A stretch of DNA of 64,000 nt from Lingula anatina (Eukaryota; Animalia; Brachiopoda): contig CM120641.1 of assembly GCA_051362555.1 (NCBI GenBank), positions 48,552,401-48,616,400 on the forward strand. The letters are read 5' to 3'. Within the stretch, counting starts at the first letter, position 1. Every line of letters begins with the position of its first letter. The translations under genes and the position numbers were made by a program. Shown here piece by piece: positions 51,961 through 62,953 of the stretch. Under the pieces are notes generated by a model. That model saw only the letters and a program-made list of their open reading frames with translations, did not search any database and had not been told where the DNA came from.

Positions 51961-54900
51961 CTAACGTCTTGGCCCGCCAAAACTCCCTCCTCGTCCTCCG
52001 CGATTGTCTGGTCTGCTTGCACTGCTCCCTCCCCCACCACGCCCTCCGCCACGCCCAGGTAGAGGGCCAGCGCCACGTCCACCCCCGCCAAGGCGATCTC
52101 CACGCCCCACACTGCTACGTGGGTTACTGCCCGGTCGGCCACTCTTCTTTTCCTCTACGTTCAAACGATGTTCTCCTTTATACATTATTGGCTGGAAAAA
52201 CAAAACCAAATCAATTTCAAAACTTGGGCATCATAGCAGTTGAAAAACACTTTCATGGCATATTAATTAACACTCGAGTCTTACAAAAGAGTCTAATTTT
52301 AATTAAATGTATTATGGCTCAGACTCCTTAACGAGTACAATAAAAGGAAGCTGCTCTCAGCAGGAATCAGAGAGGGCAAGTTCCAATCATCACTGCCATA
52401 TAACTACTGTGACACTTTTTACAGTGATATTTCAATCAGTCTTAATTTCTTGGACTGCTCACACAATATCCCACCATCAAAACCGTCAGTTACATGCACT
52501 TAACCTGCCCAACACACTCACCTTTTCACTGAGAATTTTCTGAACTGGCTCTGAACTTTCAAATACCACAAACCCAAACCCCTGCAATGAACACAGAACA
52601 AGTTAGCGCTTAATGCAGCTGGAGTGGCCAATGTTATTGTGTTATCTGTAAATTTGGTTGAAAAGTTGACAACGCACACCACAATTACAACATTACAGTT
52701 AATAATTTTTTCTGTTAATACTTCATGTTTGAGTAGAAATGTGTCACTTACAGGTGTTTTAGAAGCACCGGTGTTCTTTGTGTTGATTCTCAATTCCAAG
52801 ACTTTGCCAAATGCTGAAAATAAAATGTAAATGATTTACAATGTGATACATTCAAAAAGAAAGAAATGACAGATATCTTAGCTAAACAACTAAGATCAAA
52901 GTAGCACTGTCATACAGAAGACTTCATAATGGGAAACTTGTGCAACATCTTGAAGACGATTATTTTAGTCACAAGACTTGCTCTTATAAGCACAAAAAAA
53001 CAACTGGACAGTCTTGTGCTGTCTTACAATAAAGTGCTTCTATATTCCTTTCGGAGTGATTCACCCACTTAAATTTTTATAAGAGGGTAACTTCCAGTCA
53101 TTACTGTCAGTGTTTAGTTTTCAAAATGCATTTACATGAATGTTCACAAAAAAATTTTTTGTGACGATCATAATATGCTACATAAAAGCCCAAGACTGAC
53201 AAATCACTCACTGTCAAAATATGCTCGAAGGTCCTTCTGTTCAATGTTGTGGGGCAGGTTGCCCACAAATAGTTGCTGGTTGTCCGGATACCTTGAAGAT
53301 GGTCGGCTCCCACGTTCTGGATCTGCATCCTCAGGACGCGGCGGCCTGTCTCCACGGTCGCGCCTGTCCCTTTGGGGTCTGGAAATAATAATATGTCAAA
53401 AGTAAGCTCAACTGAAAACAATTAGGCATTGTCAATTTCTGTGTGTAAGACTGAGTATAATGGCAAAGTCTTCCTGCACAATACCACAGTGCTGTATCGA
53501 TTTAAAGGCATACTGACTTCTAAGCTACATAGGAATTAATATCATTATCAGGGTTCTTTATAAAGAAATAACATTTGTGTTTGCAAAATTACTGAAACTA
53601 AAGTGCACTCAAGGTAGAATTCCAAAACTGTATTAAGTATTATAACCAATACCTATCATGCAACCACTTCACCAGAAAGACTATCACCCTAAAACTGAGA
53701 TTTAATGGACAAAGTTTTTGGTCACCAATACTATGTCAGCATGCAAGGAGAGTGAAAGAGAATGAACTCCACTCTCATTAATTTATATATCCCACACCCA
53801 CACTGGGTTGGCTGTTAAATATTAATTGCTGTGTTAAAGTTTAACCACCACCACCATCATCAGAAAACATCTATAATGTATCACTGAGGGATAACAAGAC
53901 ATTTTGTGAATAATTACACCAAGGGCATATATGAAATGCAAACACCAAACTGGGCAAGCATACCTCATGGCAATAATTTGTACACAATGCAACTGAAAAA
54001 ACTCGCTGACAAATGCCCAATCTGCAATATCTCATGCAATGAAAATTTTAACCAGAAATAATTTACAAAGACTGAGGATGCAGTGTTAATTAATACAGCT
54101 GTTAAAGGGACCATTCCCAGACCCTATTGTACTAACTGTGGATCGATCAAACTCCATGGGGATTCTTGCTAAATTCCAATCAACTTAAGTGGCTTAGATG
54201 TCTGTCACACCTACCGAAGCTGCTAGGGGATAACTAACTTTCGTTAATTATCCCCTAGCTGTTTCAGTAGGCGTGACAGACATTAAGCTACTTAAAATGT
54301 ATTCAATTTAGTGTGAATCCCCATGGAGTTAGATCATTCCTGCTGGAATGATCTAGGTCTGGGAACGGGGTCAAAGTAAAAGAAACCAAGCAAAGTGTCC
54401 ATGCCTCATGTTGTCTGGAGCTGACCTGGGTCCTCGCTGTGGCTGCGGTGGTCCACCTGGGGGACCCTCCAACTTGGGCTCCATTTTGACAGGGGGCACC
54501 TTGGCGGGTCCCCCTCCGCTGGCAGCCACACCTGAACCACCACTGCTGGTATTCTTACTGGCGAGAGCAGCCCATGAGAACGGCTTCGTCTCCACAGGGA
54601 ACGCTGAAGATAACAAAGTTACTGATTACATCCAAGTTATAAAAACTTATTTTATGTAAGAAAACCAAATATTACAAGTTAAATCAAAATAAGTAACTCC
54701 ACCAAATCTATATATTTTTTAGACTTCTTTAACAAATATAGATTACGGGATATCCAAAATGAAGTTCATGTCAATTCATTTGTGCTTTATTGGACAAGTT
54801 GTAATTCCAAGAAAATTGTCATGGAGAAAAAATATTTTCACTGACTCAGACTCCTTAATGAGTACAATAATGAAGGAAGCTGCTCTCAGCAGGTGTCAGA

Positions 54901-57900
54901 GAGGGCAAGTTCCAATCATCACTGCCAGTATTATCAAGGTGCTAATTAGGATCATATTGTACTCGGAGTATGTTGGTTAACACCTTGTTAAAAACAGACT
55001 GAATGCGAAGAGGTTGACAATTACAATCAAGTAGCAATACTTCCCACTTACAAATCAACGCCAATCTTCTCCCATGGCTGTAATTATCAGCTATAGAGAA
55101 CCACCTGTTTCCACCTCAGAAACACAATCCTACTTAGCAGTGGGAGCATGCCAAGTAGCTTATTGCTATGTGACGTCATTTGTCTGACAATATATTGGTA
55201 ACAGGGGCATGTGCCAGCTTGAGGGATGTTTCCAATTCCAGAGATGAAATAAACTTCTCTCACCTGGCTGTTCAGTTTCCGCCTCTGCCTCAGTAGATTT
55301 GGGGCTGTTGTCCACCTCAAAGTCTTCGTCTTGTGGAGGCACCTCCTCAGGAACATCTTCCTCTACCGGTTCCTCAGTGGGTGACTCCACCTGATCCTCC
55401 ATGTGGACACTGCCATTACTGGAAGCAACACATCAATACAATGGGCTTTGGTAATAATCTATGTGATCACACTGTCCACATACTAACTTATGTACACATT
55501 ATAAACAGGAAAATTCTGTGATCTGGGCAAATATTCGATGTCATAACATTTTCCACATAATAACCCATGGATACAAACAGGAAAATTCCATGCTTTGACC
55601 CGAGAGAGATGGTTTCTTGATCATTGCTACTAGGACATTATTTGCTCTCTGTTTTTACTTAAATGCATGTAACTATCTATACAATGTACTGTTGCATGTT
55701 AATGAAAGCTTTTTTAAGTGTCAAACACCTCTAGAACCCAATATGAAAGAGGGTTAAACAAAACTCTGACACATCACAATCACCTGTAAAATGTCTAGTT
55801 GTTCACATTTATATGAAATACAGAAAAAAACTGATCACTTAGACACTGGTTTAAACTTCCTTTTGTTCTACTATGCTCAGTCATGTATTTGTCTTCAAGA
55901 CGGAGAGATGGGTCTATGACAGCAGGCAACTGTCACCATGCAACACCAATCCGGCGCAAATTACATCATCATAGCACTGTTTAAGTCTTACTCAAATATA
56001 ACATATTTTGTATTCTCAAAAGTAACATACACATATTAGTATTAATTTGGACCCCCAACCCCTTATTCCATTCTGTAATCTTTTTGTGCCCCTTAACCAA
56101 TTACCTCATCGGCTGTGGTGATGGCGCAGTGTCAAAAAACGATGTTGTCACTGTTGGATCTTGAACATTTTCTGGGAGAACAGCAGCATCATTCGTGTCC
56201 GTCTCAGATTCTGAAAAAGTACAAACAACTGAAAAAAACAAAAAGACTCTGCATGAAGCAGGTAAATACATTTAGGACTGCTTTATTTTTATACTTATCT
56301 ATACAAGGTACTACAAAAAACAAAAGTTTTAAATACGACTGTCGTCTTACCCCCATTCTCTTCCAGGTTGTCTGGGTCATTATCATCATCATGGAACACC
56401 TCGTCCTGGTAGCGAAAGATGTCATTGTGTACGTAATACTTCTTAGGAGACTGCGGTGCTAACACAAACGTTTGCATGAAGCGACGCATTGGTTCACCGT
56501 TGTTGGACAACTCTCCCGTCACCTAAAAAATTTAAACAAGAGTTGCAGTTTCGATTTAAAAATACCACCACCAATTTACAAATATATTCTTAAAACCACG
56601 ATTCTATGTAAACTGAAGTGAAGAACAGTTTTAGTTGATTTTAATATATAATGGCTCAGACTCCTTAATGAGTACAATAAAAGGAAGCTGCTCTCAGCAG
56701 GAATCAGAGAGGGCAAGTTCCAATCATCACTGCCATGCAAGTCCAGATTCCAGATAAATCTTATCTTATGTAACTGTCTTACCTGTACAACCACAGCGCT
56801 TCCTACTGTGGCCTGGCTGTCTACCTGGCGAATCTTAGCGTGACAATCTCGGAAATTGAGGGACATGATCTTCTTATGTATTTCCTAGAAGATGAAGGAG
56901 AGGAATCTTATTTCAAGGTAATAAATTATGCCAGCAGGTATTCTAGCGTCATCAATAGCATGTGATCTGAAGTGTCTCTAGTGCCTTCTTCTAGACAGCC
57001 TTATCTCTTATTTATCACTGAAGGATTCTTAGATGGCTAAAATAAATTGGATATTCTTCTTAGACTTCAGCCAAATGTAACCTTAAATATTTTGCGAAAG
57101 TGTCTTATAGTTAAGATGCCATTAAATGTTTCTTTAAAAAAATTTCCACCATTTCTGCATCAAGAACTTTTGTAAAATGGACTTCAAAAACTTTGTCAAT
57201 TCATAACGTAACAATTTTCCTAGTCATTTACAATCAAGAAGAGAATGATTATCTAAGTTAACAGCAAACTGACACCTAATGTAAATTGAAAATTTAATAG
57301 AATTCGTACCATTAGTGCTGCTGCAAGAGAAACGAGGAATTCAGACTTTGTTTTCTTTTGTCCACACAAACTTTTTAAATATGAAAATTGTGATAACTAT
57401 GGTCTACAGTTAGTGTACTTGTGATACAATAAACACCACTGGTAATCAGTTTTCACTTACACCTTGCCCCATCACTGGTGGCTGTTCTTCACCAGGCTTC
57501 TCCACCCCGCCATGAACAAAACTGGAGTTGTGGCTGTAGAATCTGCAGGATAAATATCAACATATGATAAAGGTTTTGAATTCTCAAGAAAACTAAATCA
57601 TATTTGTCTAACATACTAAATATTATGTAATATAAATATACTTTCTATAAATCTTTCAATACATATCAACTGTCATAATATATGCTGCCTTCAATATGCT
57701 CAGTCATGTATTTGTCTTCAAGACGGAGAGATGGGTCTATGACAGCAGGCAACTGTCACCATGCAACACCAATCCGGCGCAAATTACATCATCACAGCAC
57801 TGTTAAGGTCTGATTTCATGTCTGGCTCAGCAACCACACGTAATCTTTTGTGCTCATAGAGATATACTCTTTTTGCGATGTACATCATCCAACTTACATG

Positions 57901-58331
57901 GGAACAAATTCTATACATGTATACTTTCATTTTCTGTGTAACCAAAGCTCAACCAACAGTTCCGTAATAGTTTCTTTACTACTTATTCAAAGTCAGGCCA
58001 TTAGAGGCTTTATTGACCTACCCCACTGCCACACATTCCATATTGTTTAAACTATGCAACCATCTTTACACCAAAGCAGATCATGTTGTCATTTTGGTTA
58101 AACTGACTACATATTTTTCGTCATAAATTTCAACGTGGCATGCTCACACTGTAAGTCTCTATTCAGTATAAACATTATCAATGGAAAATTGCCAGCAATT
58201 CAATATTCTCAGAAGCTGTGTGGTATTTTGTCTTACCTGTGTAGGTAACTGGGTGCCTCATGAAGCAAGGTATAATACTGCCTGACAAATTCACGGCCAA
58301 CACATTGAGGACTGGGGGTTTCCATGACCAT
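51961..58331 (-). CDS. G3BP: Ras GTPase-activating protein-binding protein (stress granule assembly factor, Rasputin homolog); 11 coding exons, 469 aa
   Basis: Exons 58331-58237, 57542-57461, 56884-56783, 56522-56351, 56210-56105, 55418-55264, 54603-54426, 53378-53212, 52813-52752, 52581-52522, 52191-51961 join in frame (1410 nt). [23 protein letters not shown] start, NTF2-like domain ([31 protein letters not shown]), acidic region, FSWA motif, RRM ([24 protein letters not shown]), RGG tail. Non-coding exon 1 ends at 59112. Confidence 0.97.
52316..52397 (-). ncRNA. Box C/D snoRNA, SNORD103/SNORD85-like, copy 1 (G3BP intron 11)
   Basis: Minus strand GGCA-GTGATGA(C)-TTGGA-ACTTGCCCTCT-CTGA(D')...TTGTACTCGTTAAGGAGT-CTGA(D)-GCC, terminal stem TTATGGC/GCCATAA; guide is antisense to conserved 18S GGAGGGCAAGU. 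Confidence 0.88.
52905..53021 (-). ncRNA. Candidate box H/ACA snoRNA (G3BP intron 9)
   Basis: Hairpin CACAAGACT...AGTCTTGTG, H box AAAATA, weaker second hairpin CTTCA...TGAAG, then ACA+3 nt ~90 nt before the acceptor. No target identified. Confidence 0.35.
54106..54372. mobile_element. Full-length palindromic MITE (GGGACCATTCCCAG end) in G3BP intron 8
   Basis: Nested inverted repeats: ccattcccagacc/ggtctgggaacgg, aactccatggggattc/gaatccccatggagtt, tgtctgtcac/gtgacagaca, gctaggggataa/ttatcccctagc. Confidence 0.8.
54843..54926 (-). ncRNA. Box C/D snoRNA, SNORD103/SNORD85-like, copy 2 (G3BP intron 7)
   Basis: Same C, D', D boxes and guide as copy 1; differences fall outside boxes; terminal stem ACTGGC/GTCAGT with one G-U pair. 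Confidence 0.88.
55874..55976 (-). ncRNA. Box C/D snoRNA, SNORD16 (U16)-like, copy 1 (G3BP intron 6)
   Basis: Minus strand TGCT-ATGATGA(C)-T-GTAATTTGCGC-CGGA(D'-like)...GACAGTTGCCTGCTGTCA...CTGA(D)-GCA; guide antisense to 18S GCGCAAAUUAC; internal hairpin matches recalled vertebrate U16. Confidence 0.88.
56653..56734 (-). ncRNA. Box C/D snoRNA, SNORD103/SNORD85-like, copy 3 (G3BP intron 4)
   Basis: One visible substitution relative to copy 1; stem ATGGC/GCCAT. Confidence 0.88.
56958..57073 (-). ncRNA. Candidate box H/ACA snoRNA (G3BP intron 3)
   Basis: Hairpin CTGAAG...CTTCAG, H box AAATAA, second hairpin (TCTAG...CTAGA upper stem), ACA+3 nt ~73 nt before the acceptor. Confidence 0.4.
57697..57799 (-). 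ncRNA. Box C/D snoRNA, SNORD16 (U16)-like, copy 2 (G3BP intron 2)
   Basis: 103 nt matching 55874-55976 except the purine of the C box (GTGATGA vs ATGATGA); flanking intron is unrelated beyond a few bases. Confidence 0.88.
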
Positions 58332-59111
58332 GACTTAAGCTTTTATGAATGATCTGCAACAAATAGAAAATTGGATTAGAATTCACATTTGATAACTCAC
58401 ATGAAAACAGTGCTTTCATTTTGTTTTATACAATGGTGTCAAAGAGATCAACTAAAGATAGTCACTGACCCTGTTAAACAATTTAATCAATATTTGACTT
58501 CAATATGGAACAAATAACAAAACAATCTGTGAAGTGTTTCAGGAAATAATATTATAGAAACTGACAATCCCCTGTACCAGGAAAGGTTTGTCTCTGTCGA
58601 GTTACTAATAAAACCACCCACTGGTTGATAATAACAAGATAGCCCGGCTGATTCACAACCGCGGAGATTAATCGGTGCATCAGTGTTGCCTTATCACCAG
58701 CCTTTGTGTTCAAACACCATAAACAAAGACGTAGCTCAGTTTCAATATTGAAAGTACGTTCATCAACGAAAAGTTACAAGATTACAGGTAAAATATCCGC
58801 CTCGAGTACCTGTAGTTTCGTTTACTCTAAACCTATCTAACAACATCGATACAAACTCGGCAACCAATTATGGCGATTTCTACCCGTAATAGATCACATC
58901 CCACATGATTAAGTGGTAAAACTTTCTGTTACCAGCAAACCCTAATAAAACATTTCAGAACAAACCATTACATAGACAACTGGTGCCATGTAGAGTGTTC
59001 ATTGTCAGTCAAAAAGCTACCGTCGTCATTGTGTGAAACCCGTCGTATTCTAGTCACAGTAGTATCTAGCTAAAAAGTTATGTTAACACGTGATCGCCCA
59101 CGTTTTCTTAC

Positions 59112-59762
59112 CTTTCAGACCAACCTGGAGAGTCTAGATGCTCTGTTACACTAGATAAGCATTAGAATATAAGTTTTAGTATTTAAATATTACAAGAAAA
59201 GTCGATTTTTTCGAAGAAATGAATTTTCGCACATGCACGATGCGCAGAAGTGTTCTTGTTCTTAGAATGGCGCGCAGATCCTGTCGGCCTCCCTTCGGTA
59301 GGTTCGAGAAAACCCCATATACTGAGGGTCACAAACATGTATTTTGAAAATCATCTCCAATATTTATGGTATGAGGAAACTGTACATCGTACAGGATACG
59401 TAACTTGTTATAATTTTTGTTTAAAAAGACATTGAGATCGTTACTTAAAATCAAAATGCAATTGCTGATATATTTTAGATCATAATTTTATATATACATT
59501 TTGTAGGCCCCAAGATCTTTGATTTACGCGATGTGCGAAACAGATTTCTATAATGTTTTATCAGACGTTAACATATTAGTGTAAATAATAAAAATATGAC
59601 TTAAAACAAGGTTCTAATATATCATTATCAAATACTTTATCACAGTTATATTTTTATCATTGAAATGATATAAACACATCTTGAGCCACTACGCCATGTA
59701 AATCTCAATTTTCAAAATCGACGCACGCGCAGAGAACGGTTGCTACTGTGTTGTTGACAAAG
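59112..59762. promoter_or_regulatory. Likely bidirectional promoter region including G3BP non-coding exon 1
   Basis: G3BP exon-1 donor at 59111 (-) and divergent ATG at 59763 (+); local CpG clusters (cgcacatgcacgatgcgcag, atggcgcgcag, cgacgcacgcgcag) and AAGATGGCGG YY1-like site at the plus-strand start. Confidence 0.5.
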
Positions 59763-60464
59763 ATGGCGGGTACAGCATATCATTTGGAAGCTCTTCGTCA
59801 ACAAAGAGTTATAGATAGAAGGCATGAAGCGATGCAAAGGATGGGCGGTCAGGTAATTAACACACCGTTTGATTATGCATCCCCTTTGTATAAACACTCA
59901 GGTATACTTGTGAAGATAGTTTACATTGGTTGCGTGCGCTCTCTTGGCGACTTCATATGTCGTGACCAAGCCACAAGCACCTGCTCACCTGTGATATTAG
60001 ACATTCTCTTACTTTAGAGCGAAGCAAGCATGCAAAAGAGTGTTATTTATTTATAATTTCATAAATATAAAGAGAATGTTTGTGTGATTTGATACGAAAT
60101 GATAATGCGCATAAGACATTTTGGCACACCTAATTACTGAGTAGCTTTCTGTATCCAATACATACTAGTATACATACTAGTAGTACTTTAAGATATAATT
60201 TGCCCATGTCAGTGTGCATTTATTTGGTTTTATTTATTTATATATCTATTGTGTGTGAGTACTTAGGGCTTGAATGCTCTTGCATATATCACGTATAATC
60301 AATTCAATAATAATCATGTACTAGTACTGTACTGGTTTGTTGTGTCCCATATTTTGTATGATGTTTGTTGTATTCTCCCCCAGCATAGACTACGATATCT
60401 TTTCTAAATTAAGTGATGTGGCAACTTTACGTAATGTGTCTGCTATTCAGCAAAAAACATTATA

Positions 60465-60518
<54 letters not shown>

Positions 60519-61814
60519 TGTTTTGTTTTTTTACAACTAAGAGTCAGTAGCCTGTTTAATGAGCACAAATTTAAGTTTATAAAATGGAGGCAATTTAAGA
60601 GCATAAACAGCAGTAAGGTTTTCTATGTATTTTCATCTCACTTACCAAACCAATACCCATTTTTTTCATTCTTAACATACCTCAGTGCCAAAATGTTTGC
60701 ATTTTGTTAACTTCTAATGGTAGTGTTGAAATTCCAATTTACTGCTGTTTGTCAATGGTACAGAGTATATATCTCATTTAAATCAAATATAAATAATGTA
60801 GCTGGTTCCATTTTGGATAAGATATGAGGCTTAAACTAGTCGTGCTAAGTAGTGGATTGGCATATACTAGTAAATGTGAAATTTGGCAAACATCTGAAAT
60901 AAATAATACCATATATGATCGCACATAGGTAGCCATTTGTTGATTTGTTAGTGGTGTCTCAAACCCAATGTAAAGGTAGAGTTTATAATGATGTGTTGGT
61001 TAGATGTCCAACAGCAGAGTGCAATTGGTGCACATTTGTTTGTGGCTATGACATTTGTACATCAGTGGGTAATTTATTCTACAAGATGTCTGTTTCTTTT
61101 AGAGTAATGCTGCAATGAAACTCAGAGCATTTGAGCAAGAAAGAAACAATTTTGAACAGCGCATGCATGATCATTATGCCAGCAGAAGGTACCAGCATTT
61201 TTAAATTTTAAACTTATTTCATTACTATCTTTATGTCTAATGGTAGTTTGTATATAAGAAAACAGGTTTTTTTCACACCCACTTTATAAAGAAGGAATTA
61301 AAGAAATAATTAAATTAATTGTTTTCATACCAGATCTGCCTTTTGTGAAGTCAATTCTAGATCATTGATTTAGTTTACACCTAATTTATTCACTTCTAAG
61401 GAAAGGTTGCATATAAAATGTGTATTGATAAATCATTGAAGTCCAATCAATAGAAATCACTTTGTAGCTTCAAAATAGAAGCAATGCCAAGGGTACATGT
61501 AATCAATAAACTGATTTTGTAAGCAGTGAGTAAAGATTGTGCTGTTAAAAATGATAGATTGCCACACATTTTAAAGACAAAATTTCTATTTCAGAAACCT
61601 CGGAACTTACAATTCTGGTTATGTGTACCAACAAAACGGAGGCCCCAACCTTCACCCGGACAAGATCTACCCTGTCATGTACCCCTGGGATCAGTACAGA
61701 CGCCATCTTTCGGTGCATCTCGACCCCATTTATACCATCATGTACCCGCGTCATGAACACAGACACCAACACACAGCACTTAACATGGGCATCCCACATT
61801 ATCTGTTAGAGTGA
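59763..61814 (+). CDS. Small uncharacterised protein, 3-exon model (~131 aa)
   Basis: Exons 59763-59852 (MAGTAYHLEALRQQRVIDRRHEAMQRMGGQ, CAG|GTAATT), 61103-61188 (SNAAMKLRAFEQERNNFEQRMHDHYASRR), 61595-61814 (His/Tyr/Pro-rich, TGA) join in compatible phases. No domain recognised. Confidence 0.55.
60465..60517. repeat. (TTA)n microsatellite
   Basis: Direct reading. Confidence 0.95.
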
Positions 61815-62048
61815 ACAAAAAACAAAGAACTCCCTTCAACAAAATGTGCAATGTTGATGCTGTTCTAATGATGTAACATGTGTTTGATTGGCTTTGATCT
61901 GTGTATAGATATATAATATATATATATAATATATAATAACCAAGCATGACTGCAATATTGAACTGCTGTGACATGTGCTGTGTGCTATTACTACCATGTT
62001 ATGATTCCTGACAGTGTGACTGCTGCTTATCAACATATGTACATACAG

Positions 62049-62953
62049 GGCTAGATGTTGTGACCAAACGGAACCAGATCCCCAGTTAACCAGGTATAGT
62101 GTTAATGACATCCTGAAGTTTGAATTTGTTTAGATTTGACACCTGTTATGAAACATGGTGATAACATATTTAACACTGTGTCAAGTTGATTGGACTAACA
62201 GCATGATAATAAGGAAGGCATTTAATTTGTTTTGATGTATTTAGGAACTGCTTAAAACTATATTTTTGAAATGGAAAAAAAATCTTGGGTCCCTGACTTC
62301 AAGCTAGGGCTTATTGATAATCACAGCATCAAAACCAAATTAAGAATTAAAGTTATATTTATAATGTTGAAAAACTTATATTTTCTAGATTTTAGAACAA
62401 TTTTGATTGATTTTTTTTTTACGTTTCTAACTTTAACTGATTTTAAATAATGTCCATGCACATGTTTGGTGTGTACTGCAGTACGAGCTGACAAATGTTA
62501 AACTAAACTTGAATTGGAATGCAGTACTAATTTAGTTTGCAACATGTCACATCTGCTTTGATATGTTATAATAGAAAACAGGAGAGGAGTTTTGAAAATG
62601 CCGAAATTTCAACACAGCTATCACTAAACATTTTAAAGTTGACAAAATAATGTAACAAAGTGCAATTTGTCACTTTTTCCGGTCTGATATATCAACTGTA
62701 AATCTGTACTTGCCTGTGAGTTTCTAGGATTTCCCTATGAGTGAATTAATTTTTTTGGTTTCAGGAAAAAGAAAAGCAGAATCTATTAGATCACAAACTT
62801 ATAGTTCACAAGTCAGCTTCGCATGCACATCGCCCTCCTCAACCAACGTCTTATGAAAGGGAACTTCTTGCCGAGAAAAAGAGGCGGCGAAGACCGAGAT
62901 CACTCTCAAGCGTGGGGCCGCCAGAGACTGAGTTTTATTTCAAATATGAATAG
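62049..62953 (+). CDS. Probable additional or alternative 3' exons of the uncharacterised gene
   Basis: 62049-62092 (LDVVTKRNQIPVNQ, CAG|GTATAG) and 62765-62953 (EKEKQNLLDHK...KKRRRRPRSLS...FKYE*) have GT-AG sites and join in phase 0. Confidence 0.45.

Noticed and set aside
55515-55640. Further structured RNAs in G3BP introns 6, 8 (~53420-53500) and 1 (~58520-58700)
   Set aside because: Hairpins and ACA triplets are present but no convincing full box arrangement by eye; needs a computational scan.
52316-57799. G3BP intronic repeats as transposon fragments
   Set aside because: All on the host strand, one per intron, bounded by C/D boxes and stems, carry rRNA antisense elements, and occur nowhere else in the window.
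59853-59901. Longer first exon of the uncharacterised gene using donor after 59901
   Set aside because: Phase 1 gives an immediate stop on joining the 61103 exon; the donor after 59852 keeps the frame.
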